Below, one piece after another: positions 32,801-43,483 of a stretch of DNA of 64,000 nucleotides. The DNA comes from Promethearchaeota archaeon Loki_b31 (GTDB lineage: Archaea; Asgardarchaeota; Lokiarchaeia; Sigyniarchaeales; SOKP01), in the NCBI GenBank assembly GCA_005222975.1, contig NJBI01000008.1:19818-83817 (forward strand), given 5' to 3'. Below the pieces are notes generated by a model. The model saw only the letters and a program-made list of their open reading frames with translations. It made no database searches and had not been told where the DNA came from. A program made the position numbers and the translations under genes. Position 1 is the stretch's first letter. Every line of letters starts with the position of its first letter.

Positions 32801-35800
32801 TGATCTGAACCTTTTCCGTAATCAAGAAACTTGTTTGCCGCTGCCATTCTTCTCATAAGACTTATTAACGTATTATCAATATCGCCTTTTTGGGGTACAC
32901 ATCCAGCAAAAAATCTGAAATTCTTTATATCTTTCAACTGGGTGACTCCTCTTGATAATTCATAGAAGAGACTATGAATGTGAACAGAGCCAAAATCGTC
33001 TTTTAACTGATTTAGCGTACCGCTACTTATGCCATCAGGATCAGAAGTGGCTTTAATCTCTGTTGCAATATAGGTAGTTGGAGAGATAATTAACTTTATA
33101 TCGTTGAACCTAGACATAGAAGGGAATAACGAGGAAAATGGTCTTATGTCTTTACCTATGATTAGATTTTTTAAATCGTATAAATCGTTCAAATTAGAGC
33201 CCGCTAATGAATCTAAATTCTCTTGAATGTAAACATTTCCATCTAACCAACCTCCTGCTCCGAAATTAATTCCGCTTAAAAAGGCTTCAGGAGACTGGAA
33301 ACCATCTTTGATAAATTGTTCAACAACTCTTATAATAAATCCGCTAGAATAATCTATAGTTTCACCAATTCTACCAATAAATGTCTTTGGGTTTTTAGCT
33401 ATCGAAAGCCCTGGAACTCTAGTGCTATCAAAAAAGGCTTCTGTAAATTTATACCAAAATGCAGTTATGCCAACAGGTCCTAGGAACAGTCTTGCTACCT
33501 TTTTAACGGAATCTTGATTATCAAGGAATTTCTCAATCTCTTTGATTGCTGTATGAATGTCAGCAGAATCGAGATCGAGACCTAATATATCTTTAGTTAT
33601 GTATTCGATAATTGCAGACTCTCCTTGCCGAATAATAGTGTCTTTTAATTTAAACGAGCTCGTTGCGCTCAATACAGTTAATGGAATTGCGTTCTTTATC
33701 ATTTTAGATGTCTTCAACCAACTATCCCACCTCTCGTTATTCACATCTTCGTCTTGAGAAGTCTTAATAAGAGTTTCTATGTAACTATTCTGCCACAATG
33801 TATCGTGAAAACTCGATAAATACTTGTCAACAAAAGCTGTTTTGTCTAACTGACTATTTCTAACAGTATAAATGTCTTTGTTATCGGTTATTCTTAGAAG
33901 GCTTTCTCTGTTTAATTCCATAATAAAGGAGGAGAAAGCGTCCATAATTTCAATCTCTTCAAGAGTACCACACATTTCATCAAAACGAAAATCACCAGCA
34001 AATTCATGCGAATGCCTTAACCTTATTGCCCTATAAGCGTCAAATTCAGCAAATTGAGAAAGTCTCTGTATTTCATATGCGACAGACAAACCGGGCAAAC
34101 TTGATATTTGAGCAAGTAAGGTATCTTTATTAATAGTAACTTCGCCTTGCTTATCTTCGCTAAACACGTAAGGAGAAACGATTCTTGTGCCTTCCGTAAG
34201 AAACCCAAACTTGGAAGTATAAAACCTTAACTCCATTTTTGAATCTAAACCGAAATTTAGCTTAATAATATCGATTGCGTCCCACATTTTAAAAGTTTCT
34301 CCATCAAATGGAGGCAAATTAAACTCTGAAATATCTCTGTCCCAACCTTTAACATCTTTTGAAAATTTCCGCAATATATCTCCACTGAGTGATTCCATTA
34401 AAATTGAAATTTGTCCCGCAGCTTTACCCCCATAAGCAACTGCTTCAACTACCTTTGAGTTTTCTAACCGCGCCAAATCGTTTTCCTTCTGTCTTGCTGC
34501 TTCATATAGTTCTTGAGTCTGTGTTTTATATTTTAATAATCCCATTTGAGCCTCAAGATTAGCAACGCTTTGAGCGGGATCGTAAGTAATAGTTGAAGTA
34601 ATGGGACCGTAATATTTAGCGTTTACTAAGTATTCAACTGCTTGTCCAGAAGAGCTTATGCCGTAGATCGATCGAATGGTGGCGCTATCGAACAAGCTCT
34701 TAAGCTCGGCGTCTTATCCTAAACCTTTCTTAACGCCTGGTAATTTATCGATCTTAATATCCTTCGATATCATGTCTTGCCTTGCGTTGCTAATAGCCGC
34801 GCGCATCATGGTGGTCGTACCCGCTTTCGGACTCGTAATTTTTTGGCCCAAGTGTTTGATCATAGGGCTAAATCCGTACAAACTAAAACCCGCAAAACTA
34901 AGTCCTGGAACTAACAGCGAAAGCCCCGCGAAAACGCCCGAACCGATAATTCCCGCCATCTTCAATATTGTCTCGTGCCTACTTGGAACTAAATCGAGGT
35001 TAGACATTATCGACCTTATATCTTTTCTGTTCTCTCTTAGAAACTTTTCCAAGGTAAACGATTGGTCGCTATCTCGTTCCGCGATAAGTTGTGATAGTTC
35101 GGTAGTTAAAGCGCTGTGTTGTAATTCTTGCTCTATCTGTGTCATTATATCAACGTCAAAAGATATGCCCCCTTGCGTGTCGGTGCCTAGACCTCCTAGA
35201 TTGAACGCGCCGAACATTTTAGTTTCCCGAACCGTGGTCATAAGCGTAGAAATTAGCTGTCCTACTCCTTCAGACCAGCCCAACATACGAGCCGAGTTTT
35301 CGAAGTAGGCCTCGATGAAACCGTCTACTACGATTTCTTCGAACACTTCCCCTATAGTCTGAGCAACGATTTTAACGCTCATAGAAGCCATTTGAACCGC
35401 AACTTTAGTCAATAACGACGACCCTATTTGAGCGCTCGCCTCAATAGCCCCTTGAGCTAAAATCTTTTGAATAGAAACGGCGGCTCCAGCAAGCGCAACA
35501 ATAGGCGCTGAACGCGAAGTAGATTGGAAAGTTAAAATCTCGGTGTAAGCGATCTCCCCGATTATTTTAGCCGTAGTCGCCGCAAAAACGTATTGATCGA
35601 AATAATCTAAGATAGGATACATCGTAGCTTGAGCTAAGAGAGTTCTTTGGTTCTCTTCCGAAAGATTGCCGTCGTCAGGTATTATCTTAGCAAATTTAAC
35701 CTGACACACGTAATAATATTCCGTCCCTTCGTCGTAGTTGGAGGCTGAATCGCCCATAAGCTCGTCTATTGGGCGCGCAAAATAAAGGTTTTGCAATTTT

Positions 35801-38800
35801 TCGGGAATCTCGTAATCAGAAGCGTCTAAAGTTTTAGAAGTTACCTCTTTATTTACTACCTTGTGTAGAATTACGCTTTCGATTGGGTAATTAAACGCCC
35901 CATACAAGTCAGCTAACGGTATTTTTGCGGAATAAAACTCTTTCTCCTCGTCTAAAAGGTCGGTCGAATCGATACCTTTCGTGTTTGACGCCCCAAAAGA
36001 GGCGATGTCCACGAAGAGATAACCAAATTTTCTGGACTCGCTAAGTTGGTCGTATCTTTGGGAACTTATTATCAACGGACTGAAAAGCGAAGATAAAGGC
36101 GCTGTATCGTCTTCTTGAGCGAATAGATATTGAGGAGTTGCGTCCGAACAGATCGGTTTTATAGAATTGAGAGAACCTCCAGTTTTTTCGTTAATTTCGT
36201 GCTGTAAGTAGCCGAGGGTGTTTTGTCTTAACTTGTAAGAATTGTAGTTCTGAATGATTCTTAGAACCATTTGAGGACCCGTTTTATAATATTTCATCGG
36301 TGCGGAAAAGAAAGTGGGCTCGTAGACCTCGTAAATAGGTTCTAATTCTAACATTTTATCGACTAAATCTGGGTCTTCGAAGTAGGTGTAGTGTTTTTGG
36401 TCGTTGTACGAATAAAGCTCGCTCGAGACCATTAAAAAGTCTAAATTGTGGTAATCGAAGTCTAGTCCAGCCATTATATCGGGATTTACATCTTGCGGTA
36501 AGGTGTTTGTCCACTTTAGATCGATATTAGACCAGATAAAATCTAAAAAGCCCGTGTTAGAGCCTCTCCAACAACGAGCGTCGCTTGGAGGGGCGGCAAC
36601 AACGTAGGCGAGGTATTCGTTTCCGGTTTGACCGCCTCGAACTTCAGCGTAATAAGTTCCGGGGTGACCACTTAACGCAGCAGGCATGCTATCGCTCCAA
36701 ATGTCGTCCGTAGGATATTTTTTATTGAGAATTCTTGGTTGATTGTTATTGGCGTCTTCTGAGTAAAAAGTTTGCGAGCGCAACTTTGCTTCTGCCTCGC
36801 GGGCTTTCACGTCGTTAGTAATTAAACTTAGCGAAGTATATATAGCAAAATACACGGGCAATGCCACCAGATCAGTAAAGATTCTCGCTAAAGCCGCAGC
36901 CACTCCCGCAATTATAGAAATAGTAACTTGCTCGGTTAAATCGCGTTCGTATCGTTCGCCAAATATCTTCCAAACTTTATTGAATTCTTTATGGCGGGTC
37001 TCGTAGAAAAGCTCGGAAAATCTGGCGTTTTGAGCACTTGTTGTGATTAACTTTCTTATTTCAAATACGTTGTCTTTGAGCTCGTATCCGTCGCGCTCGT
37101 CTTCTGGGAACAAACGGTCGCTCCTTCCTAATTTTGCAAACTCAAATATATTTCCTTCCGTTTGATGGAACTCGTGAGATAATACGTCTCTAAATTCGTT
37201 TAAATTTTCTATAGGCCAACCAGTTTCGGTTCTAGAATACGGAATAAAATCGTGTTTACCGTCGTAATTAAATCCAATAGCCATAACTTCGTAGTAAGCA
37301 TCGTCTCCCTCGCCCTTTACTGGAGAAAGCACGTAAACCGTTTCCCAAAATCCGTTTTCATCGCTATCGTAATAGAGATAATGACCGTTGGTTTTGGCTG
37401 CCTTCCCACCGTTGCGCTTGAAAGATTCCTTATCGGAAGTATAGTAAACTTTGCCATCAGCGGGGGTAATAAAAACGCCTGTTATTTTCAATTTCATGTC
37501 GGAAGTGCTCGAGGTCTTTAACGAGACAACTTTCTTATAGTCGTCGTAAGGGTTAATTCTACTAGGAATAACTATGTTTATTTCTCGCTCGAACAGATTA
37601 ATATTTTCGCTAGAAGAAGTTTCCGAATTTACTATAGTTAAAGACTCAAACTTACTTGGAACGTTAGAACCGTCGTCCCATTTGTCGTATTCTTCGGTTT
37701 GAACTGCGGGGATAAAATCAAGTGGAACGTCTTGCTGTTGCCCCGTTTCGAGACTAGTTATGGTTTGGCTAAGGTCGATTCCTAAGTCGATCGTCTCGTC
37801 TTCAAACAAATCCTTATACACTCTGATTTCTATTAGCGTGCCGTTATCCCAGTGATTTACGGTAATTTGTTCGCTTATTTGATTATCAACGTAAAGTTTT
37901 GTAGTTATTATCGAATATTTCTTGTAAGTTTGAGTTAGAGTTTCTCGAATATCCGAGGCGAGCCAGTGGTAACTACTTGGATAAGATCCGCTTTCGATCA
38001 TTTCAGGAGTGAGCTTCTCGTTAAAAATAGGATCAACCCTTCCTCCTGAAATTAAAGACCCTATCCACTCAGCCATGCTAGCGTATATGTAAGTAATCGC
38101 GTTCTGAGGTTTTGCCGCTAAAATAGTGGTTTCGCTGTTTGTAACGCGTGTATATTGAACGGTATCTGTTTTTTCGTATGTATATTGAATATCGGCGGCT
38201 CCATCGTAATCTTCGTCTACCATAACAGAATAAAACGAACTTTGAATGGAATAATCGGTAGAATAAGTTTGCTCGACGCTTTTTCTGGCCCAATAATCTA
38301 TATCTGTAAAGATAATCGTAGATAACGAAGTTGAGGTAGCAAACTGGGCATCGTCTACATCAAACCATTTAGTAGTCTCTCTTGGTCTTGATTTTAAGTT
38401 GTAGAGAGATTCGCTTCCTAAAAAGTCGTTTATGACCGTGTGCCAAACGATCTCGTTAGAATCTACGTCAGATTCAACACCAAATCTTATAACATCGATT
38501 TTACCGTTCTTATCTACGTCAATCACATGTTTAAAGTCTCTTTTACCGTCCATATCTGAATCAGCTTCGTATATAACGTTATAAGGGTCTAAATAAAGCT
38601 CAAAATTGTCAAATAAAGCAGAAGAAATGTATCCCTTAAGGGTTTTATTAGAGCTTAGTTCAGAATTTCGGGTGTAATCAATTGAAGTAAACGAAGTACT
38701 ATCAGAAGCTATTGTCTCAGCGCGCTCTACAAATAAATAATCGCCCGCATTTACCGAATATTCGAAAGAACCCGACAAGTAATCGTAAAACGAATTTTCT

Positions 38801-39315
38801 AAGTCGGCTAAATTACTCTGGTTGAAAGAGTCCGATAAATACAATTTAGTTTTTGTCGACACAGGTCCGTGTGTAAAGTTTAAAACGACCGTAATAGCGT
38901 CAAATTCGTTTAATAAACCATCAGTTGAGATTAAGTCTGTTATAGTAATTGTTTTAGCAGAAATATCAAAATTCACGCTATAATTGGTGTTATCGTCGTC
39001 GATAAATTTTTCTGAAAAGTTAGCGTAAAGTCCAACGATTCTAAACAACGAGAGATTTAAGAAGTCTTTATCGAAATCGTATTCGAGTTCAAAAGAGTAA
39101 ATATATTCGTCGGTCTCGGTATAAACAACGAAGTTTTCGGAGTAGAATTGCTCGATCTCGTAGTCATAGTTGCTATTTTCTATTAATTCTCCGTACCATT
39201 CTTCGAACCTAGGAGTTAACAAGTAATCGTAATTATATATTAATTCGAAAGATTCAAAGTTTGCGTTCTCGTATTTTAAATCGATTCCTCTGGGTAGCCT
39301 TCGTATCGAAAGATT
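29887..39315 (-). pseudogene. Giant (~3,100-codon) gene broken by one in-frame TAA at 34716-34714 and lacking an ATG start; probable mobile-element giant protein
   Basis: ORFs 34714..39222 and 29887..34695 share a frame, reading ...KKGLG*DAELKSLFDSAT...; the frame stays open upstream to 39315; both ORF-track starts are TTG. Confidence 0.75.
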
Positions 39316-39497
39316 TCAATTAGTTTTTCTTCTACAATCTTTTTTTTCCTTTCTTGGATTTGTTCTGTATCGCCTTCTTTTAAAATGTTTCGGATAGAAG
39401 GATACGAGATTCCTTCTAATCTTGCTATGTCTTTTTTGCTTACTCCCTTATTATATAGTTCTAATATTTTCGCTTTTTTTTCTTCGGAAATTGTCAT
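39276..39497 (-). CDS. Small HTH DNA-binding protein (Hin/resolvase-type HTH), possibly truncated
   Basis: KILELYNKGVSKKDIARLEGISYPSIRNIL HTH; its 3' end overlaps the open frame of the giant gene. Confidence 0.75.
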   Translation of the reverse strand: MTISEEKKAKILELYNKGVSKKDIARLEGISYPSIRNILKEGDTEQIQERKKKIVEEKLIEIFRYEGYPEESI

Positions 39498-40021
39498 GAA
39501 ATTTTATTCCTCATTTTTAGTGAAAATTTTAGCTTATTTTTCTGAATAATTATTGAATAATTTCTGAGAACGGTATTGGTATTTTTCATTTTTTTCAGTT
39601 AAAAATTTTTTTGAAATTTTTTTTGAAACTTAATTTTTTAAACTTATTTTTTGGCGTTTAGGAGCTTGTTTAATATTTACATTTTCATGCTTTTAAATTT
39701 TTAGTAATAATATTCACAATAATACTTACTATTAATACTAAAATAGATTTTTCAGAAAATTGCGAAATCGCTATAATTCGGTTTTTTGTTTTGGTTTTTG
39801 TCGATAAAAATCACGGTATTACCGATTTGTAAATTCAATTCCGATAAAAATATTGGTTTTGTTGGCTTGGTATTATTTATACTTGTAAGAGCTTTTTCCA
39901 ATTCTCTATTTCCAATTTTAAAATTTGGAAGTTGGAAGTAGGAAGTAAGAAAAAGGCACATTTAAAAGGTAGTAATCTAAATAACACATAATTAAAAATT
40001 AAATATCTGGATGTGTGAATT

Positions 40022-40282
40022 ATGGCAAAAAAATTGAAATGTTCCCCTGACGAAATGCTTTCTTGGATGAAAATAGCCAGAGAATCGGAGAAACTTCAAC
40101 CCGACGCAAGCAAGGTGACGCTTGTTCAAGTAAAAGAAGCCGTTAAAACGGTTTTTGATGAAGGTAAAGGTTGTTTTCCGAAACCAAAAGGCAGGGCTAT
40201 TGGCGAAAGGGCTAAGGAGTTAGGAGCTTACAAGAAAACCATAGAAAAACGCTTAGGAATAAAAATAAAGGATTTGTATTAA
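40022..40282 (+). CDS. Small basic hypothetical protein
   Basis: 86-aa ATG ORF, first of three co-oriented small genes. Confidence 0.7.
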   Translation: MAKKLKCSPDEMLSWMKIARESEKLQPDASKVTLVQVKEAVKTVFDEGKGCFPKPKGRAIGERAKELGAYKKTIEKRLGIKIKDLY

Positions 40283-40326
40283 AATATAAATTAATTCTAA
40301 ATAATTTTTTTTTACAAATATAATAG

Positions 40327-40665
40327 GTGATAAAAATAACTGAAGTAAAAAAACCAGAATCGTGTAAACCCCTATACATACTGCAAAACTTGGGGAGCAT
40401 AAAAAAGGATGCTAACAAGTTAGATTTTATTGCAGACACATTAAAAAGGTGTGCTGTTGCTCCCGCAAAAAAGCCCCGACAAATGAGTGGTTACAACTGT
40501 TTTGTGAAAATACAAATAAAGAAAACGGGAAAACCGTTAAAAGAAGTCGTGAAAGCGAGAACTTGGAGTACGCTTGAGCCAAAACAGAAAAAAATTTGGA
40601 AATCTCTCGCTCTTGAAGGGTGTCCGCCACGATTGTGGGAAACAGAAGCTTTAAAATTAAAATAA
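40327..40665 (+). CDS. HMG-box-like protein
   Basis: KKPRQMSGYNCFVK...WSTLEPKQKKIWKSLA resembles the HMG consensus PKRPxSAYxLF...WxxLsxxxKxxY/W. Confidence 0.6.
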   Translation: MIKITEVKKPESCKPLYILQNLGSIKKDANKLDFIADTLKRCAVAPAKKPRQMSGYNCFVKIQIKKTGKPLKEVVKARTWSTLEPKQKKIWKSLALEGCPPRLWETEALKLK

Positions 40666-40805
40666 TGAGCAATATAGAGAAACTTGAGGATGTTAGTTTA
40701 AGCGAAATGGTTCGAGAAATCAAAAAATACTTTATAGAGCGTGGTTTCGAGTACAAAGGCAAAACTAACGAGGGAATTTCTATTTTTAAAAAAACAGATA
40801 AATAA
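40665..40805 (+). CDS. Small hypothetical protein (MSNIEKLEDV...)
   Basis: ATG overlaps the previous stop (TAATG), suggesting translational coupling. Confidence 0.55.
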   Translation: MSNIEKLEDVSLSEMVREIKKYFIERGFEYKGKTNEGISIFKKTDK

Positions 40806-40907
40806 AAAAGCTCCGATAAAAATCCTTTTTTTGATGTAATATTTATAATATTTATTTGAGTGTAAAATATCAAAAAAGAAATAATGTATCCAAAAAACGC
40901 CTAAAAA

Positions 40908-41060
40908 TTAGGTTTTTTGATTAGAGTTAATCTTTAATTTCTCATATTTTAAAACAAGAATTTGGATGGTGTCCGAAAGCGATTTGCTTCCGAATTTCTC
41001 TTTATAACGCAATAAAATATCTCGAACTTTTATGTCCACTTTTATAGTTGTAGAAGTCAT
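40908..41060 (-). CDS. Ribbon-helix-helix / antitoxin-like small DNA-binding protein
   Basis: MTSTTIKVDIKVRDILLRYKEKFGSKSLSDTIQIL matches the archaeal RHH pattern TTIxV...LxxxK...SxSDxI. Confidence 0.7.
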   Translation of the reverse strand: MTSTTIKVDIKVRDILLRYKEKFGSKSLSDTIQILVLKYEKLKINSNQKT

Positions 41061-41194
41061 AATAATATAAAATATAAAACCAAGCGAAATATTTAAATTG
41101 TCGGAGAATATATTAACAATATACTGAGAGCATATTAAATATTTCAATCACTTTGAGAAAACAGAAAAAAAATAAATTTTAAAAGGTTAAAAAA

Positions 41195-41747
41195 TTGGCA
41201 AAAGAGAAAAGCGAATTTATAATATCATTAGAAAAAAAGCTTAAGGAACATTGGGAAGATACAAAAGAAGAGCGAGGGAAAACACATACTGCTAAGATTC
41301 ATCAGAAATTAAATAAAAAAGCGTAGAAATATGGCGTCCTTTTCGCTCGGGGGGACTTTGGGTAATTGCCGAGAGTAAGCGAGCTTGTAAACCCGCCATA
41401 CTACAAAAACGATTTCGAAAAATTTAAATTGGGGAAGGATTAAAACGATACATTCAAGAATGATTGCCATCTGATGTATGTGTCAACCTAATCCTTTCCC
41501 ACCTTTTATTTTAAATTACAAATAAGGAGTGTGATAAAAAGAAAAGATGCCTAAGATGACAAAAACTCTTGAGTTTTGGAAAGGGGAAAGAATAGCTATA
41601 CCGACAAGTAAAATATATAAATGTCAAAGATGTGAATATAAAACCAAATGTGGTGAAATTTATCTTTTAAATCATTATGCTCAGCCTTTCATTCCGAGAA
41701 GGGAGACTCTAATAGATTTTTGTCTTTTAAACTTTGATTCAATCTAA
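41195..41747 (+). pseudogene. Fragmented Exo5/Cas4-like Fe-S exonuclease remnant
   Basis: N fragment ERGK...IHQKL (41195-41326); C fragment FWKGER.AIP...KCQRCEYKTKC (41547-41747). Confidence 0.5.
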
Positions 41748-41859
41748 CCCTCTCATTTGCTCCCTTCTCAATTTACTTTTACAAAAACACGATGGAATCA
41801 ATAGGGCTTCCCGATTGACCGTAAACACTAAAATTTAAAACAAAAAATGGCAAAAAACT

Positions 41860-42507
41860 ATGAGAGTTATGAGAGAAAACATAAAAATTGTTTTAATTGG
41901 AATATTAGTTTTTACTGGGGGATTGGCGTTAGGAAGTTTTGTGATGATTGGTATAAAAACGCAAGAACTACAAGATGTTCAGAACGACGCAGATTATTGG
42001 GAAAATCGATACAACAACCTTTTAGGCGATTACAACGATTTATTGGATGATTACAACATTTTGTTTGGCGATTACCAATCGATATTAAGCGTATTGGAAG
42101 ACCCTCTAACAAACCCAGTATTACCGACTAATAGCGAGCTTTATTATTGGTTAGAAGACGACAATACGGACACACATAAATATACTGAAAATTGGCGAAG
42201 TGGAGATTTTTCCGCAATGCTTATGGTTAGAGCTAAAGAAATGAACTGGCGAATGAGAATATCTTGTATGTTTTGGAGCTATGACGGTGATGTCGGTTGG
42301 CAAGACCCTGCCGAGCCTTACGGTTCATACGGACACGCTTTTAATGTAATATTGTGTCAAGATTGCGATGGCGATGGTAATGAAGATTGGTTATATGTCG
42401 AACCACAAACCGATAGAGTGTGGTATGTAATTATTGGAGCTGAATCTTTTGTTCATTACGACATTTGGCTAACTTTTACTGGCGGAATAACGGGGACTGT
42501 GTGTTAA
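41860..42507 (+). CDS. Membrane-anchored coiled-coil plus transglutaminase/papain-like domain protein
   Basis: N-terminal TM, heptad YxxLxxD repeats, SGDFS...GHAFNV...YVEPQTD. Confidence 0.65.
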   Translation: MRVMRENIKIVLIGILVFTGGLALGSFVMIGIKTQELQDVQNDADYWENRYNNLLGDYNDLLDDYNILFGDYQSILSVLEDPLTNPVLPTNSELYYWLEDDNTDTHKYTENWRSGDFSAMLMVRAKEMNWRMRISCMFWSYDGDVGWQDPAEPYGSYGHAFNVILCQDCDGDGNEDWLYVEPQTDRVWYVIIGAESFVHYDIWLTFTGGITGTVC

Positions 42508-42662
42508 GGAAACAATGGAAATAATGAAAAATATTGATAATATTATAGATATTGATAATATTATAGATCAATATGGTGGATGGCCGATAGAATAATGAAT
42601 AAAAAAAATTAATATTAAAAAAAAAAAAAAGCGAGATAAAAATAAAGAAGCTTAAAGATTCT

Positions 42663-43172
42663 GTGGAAATCAATGTTCCGCCAGAGAGAGTATGGAAAAG
42701 TGATAAATTAGATCAAGAAACAAAGGAATTGATGAGAAAAAAAGTTGAGGAACATTTTTCAAAGGAAGAACAAGTATTAGACTTTATCTTAAATCTTGAT
42801 CCAGATAGTCTAACTTTGGATTCTACAATTCTAAAATTAGAAGCATTAAGAACACAAGGTCAAAAAATTAAAGATAAGTAATATAAACGGAAATTAGGCA
42901 TTGCTCAGTATCTTGAGAAGATAGTTTTGCGGAAAATCGCTTATATGTGTTTAAAATATAAGATTCATCGAGCCATTTTTGAATTGAGTAACGGAATGGA
43001 TAAAATTTTAGAATTGTTAGAGAGATTACCTTTTTTTAACACTTACTATCTTTTGCATAAAGGATTGGACGATATTCCAGACCACCCCATCAATTCTCAT
43101 GATTTACAAGACAGCTATAGCTTTTGTTTTGCACTTCCATACTGTGATTATGTTGCTGGTGAGATGCCTTAA
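42663..43172 (+). pseudogene. Fragments of a decayed gene with PIN-like C-terminal motif
   Basis: Two short ORFs with non-ATG starts; HDLQDSYSFCFALPYCDYVAGE resembles the PIN-like D-x-x-D...ALPYCD motif. Confidence 0.4.
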
Positions 43173-43483
43173 AAAACAAAGAAAAGCTAATAAAAATCGT
43201 TAAGAACGTATTAGATTAAGTAATTACTACCTTAGTACTACTTTAGAAGGGTCTAAATTACAAGTCAAGTAGAGCTTTTTTATTTTCATTTATCTTTTTT
43301 ATTTTCATTTATCTATGGATTGCAGCTCTATTTTTTACTATAAAATATAAAAAAATTAAATATTCCAAGAAAGAAAAACTAATTACTATAGAGTCTGACG
43401 AAAACTCCGAGAAAGATGACCTTGGAGATAATTTTATAATTAACAAAGAGTTAGAATCTAAAATTAATAATATCCTTGAGAAA

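Noticed and set aside
34714-34716. Selenocysteine/pyrrolysine read-through in the giant gene
   Set aside because: The stop is TAA, not TGA or TAG; a nonsense mutation or sequencing error is more likely.
34676-35308. 210-aa plus-strand ORF and other antisense ORFs over long genes
   Set aside because: Shadow frames of real genes, with no recognisable motifs.
39276-39315. Programmed -1 frameshift joining the HTH ORF to the giant gene
   Set aside because: No correctly phased X XXY YYZ slippery site in the 40-nt overlap; a deletion junction is simpler.
41330-41400. GC-rich possible hairpin (TATGGCG...CGCCATA) as an ncRNA
   Set aside because: Short pairing inside a probable pseudogene; no family features recognised.
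42531-42630. 18-bp tandem duplication and poly-A run (also a 14-bp tandem near 25977-26010)
   Set aside because: Low-complexity slippage in AT-rich DNA with only two copies.
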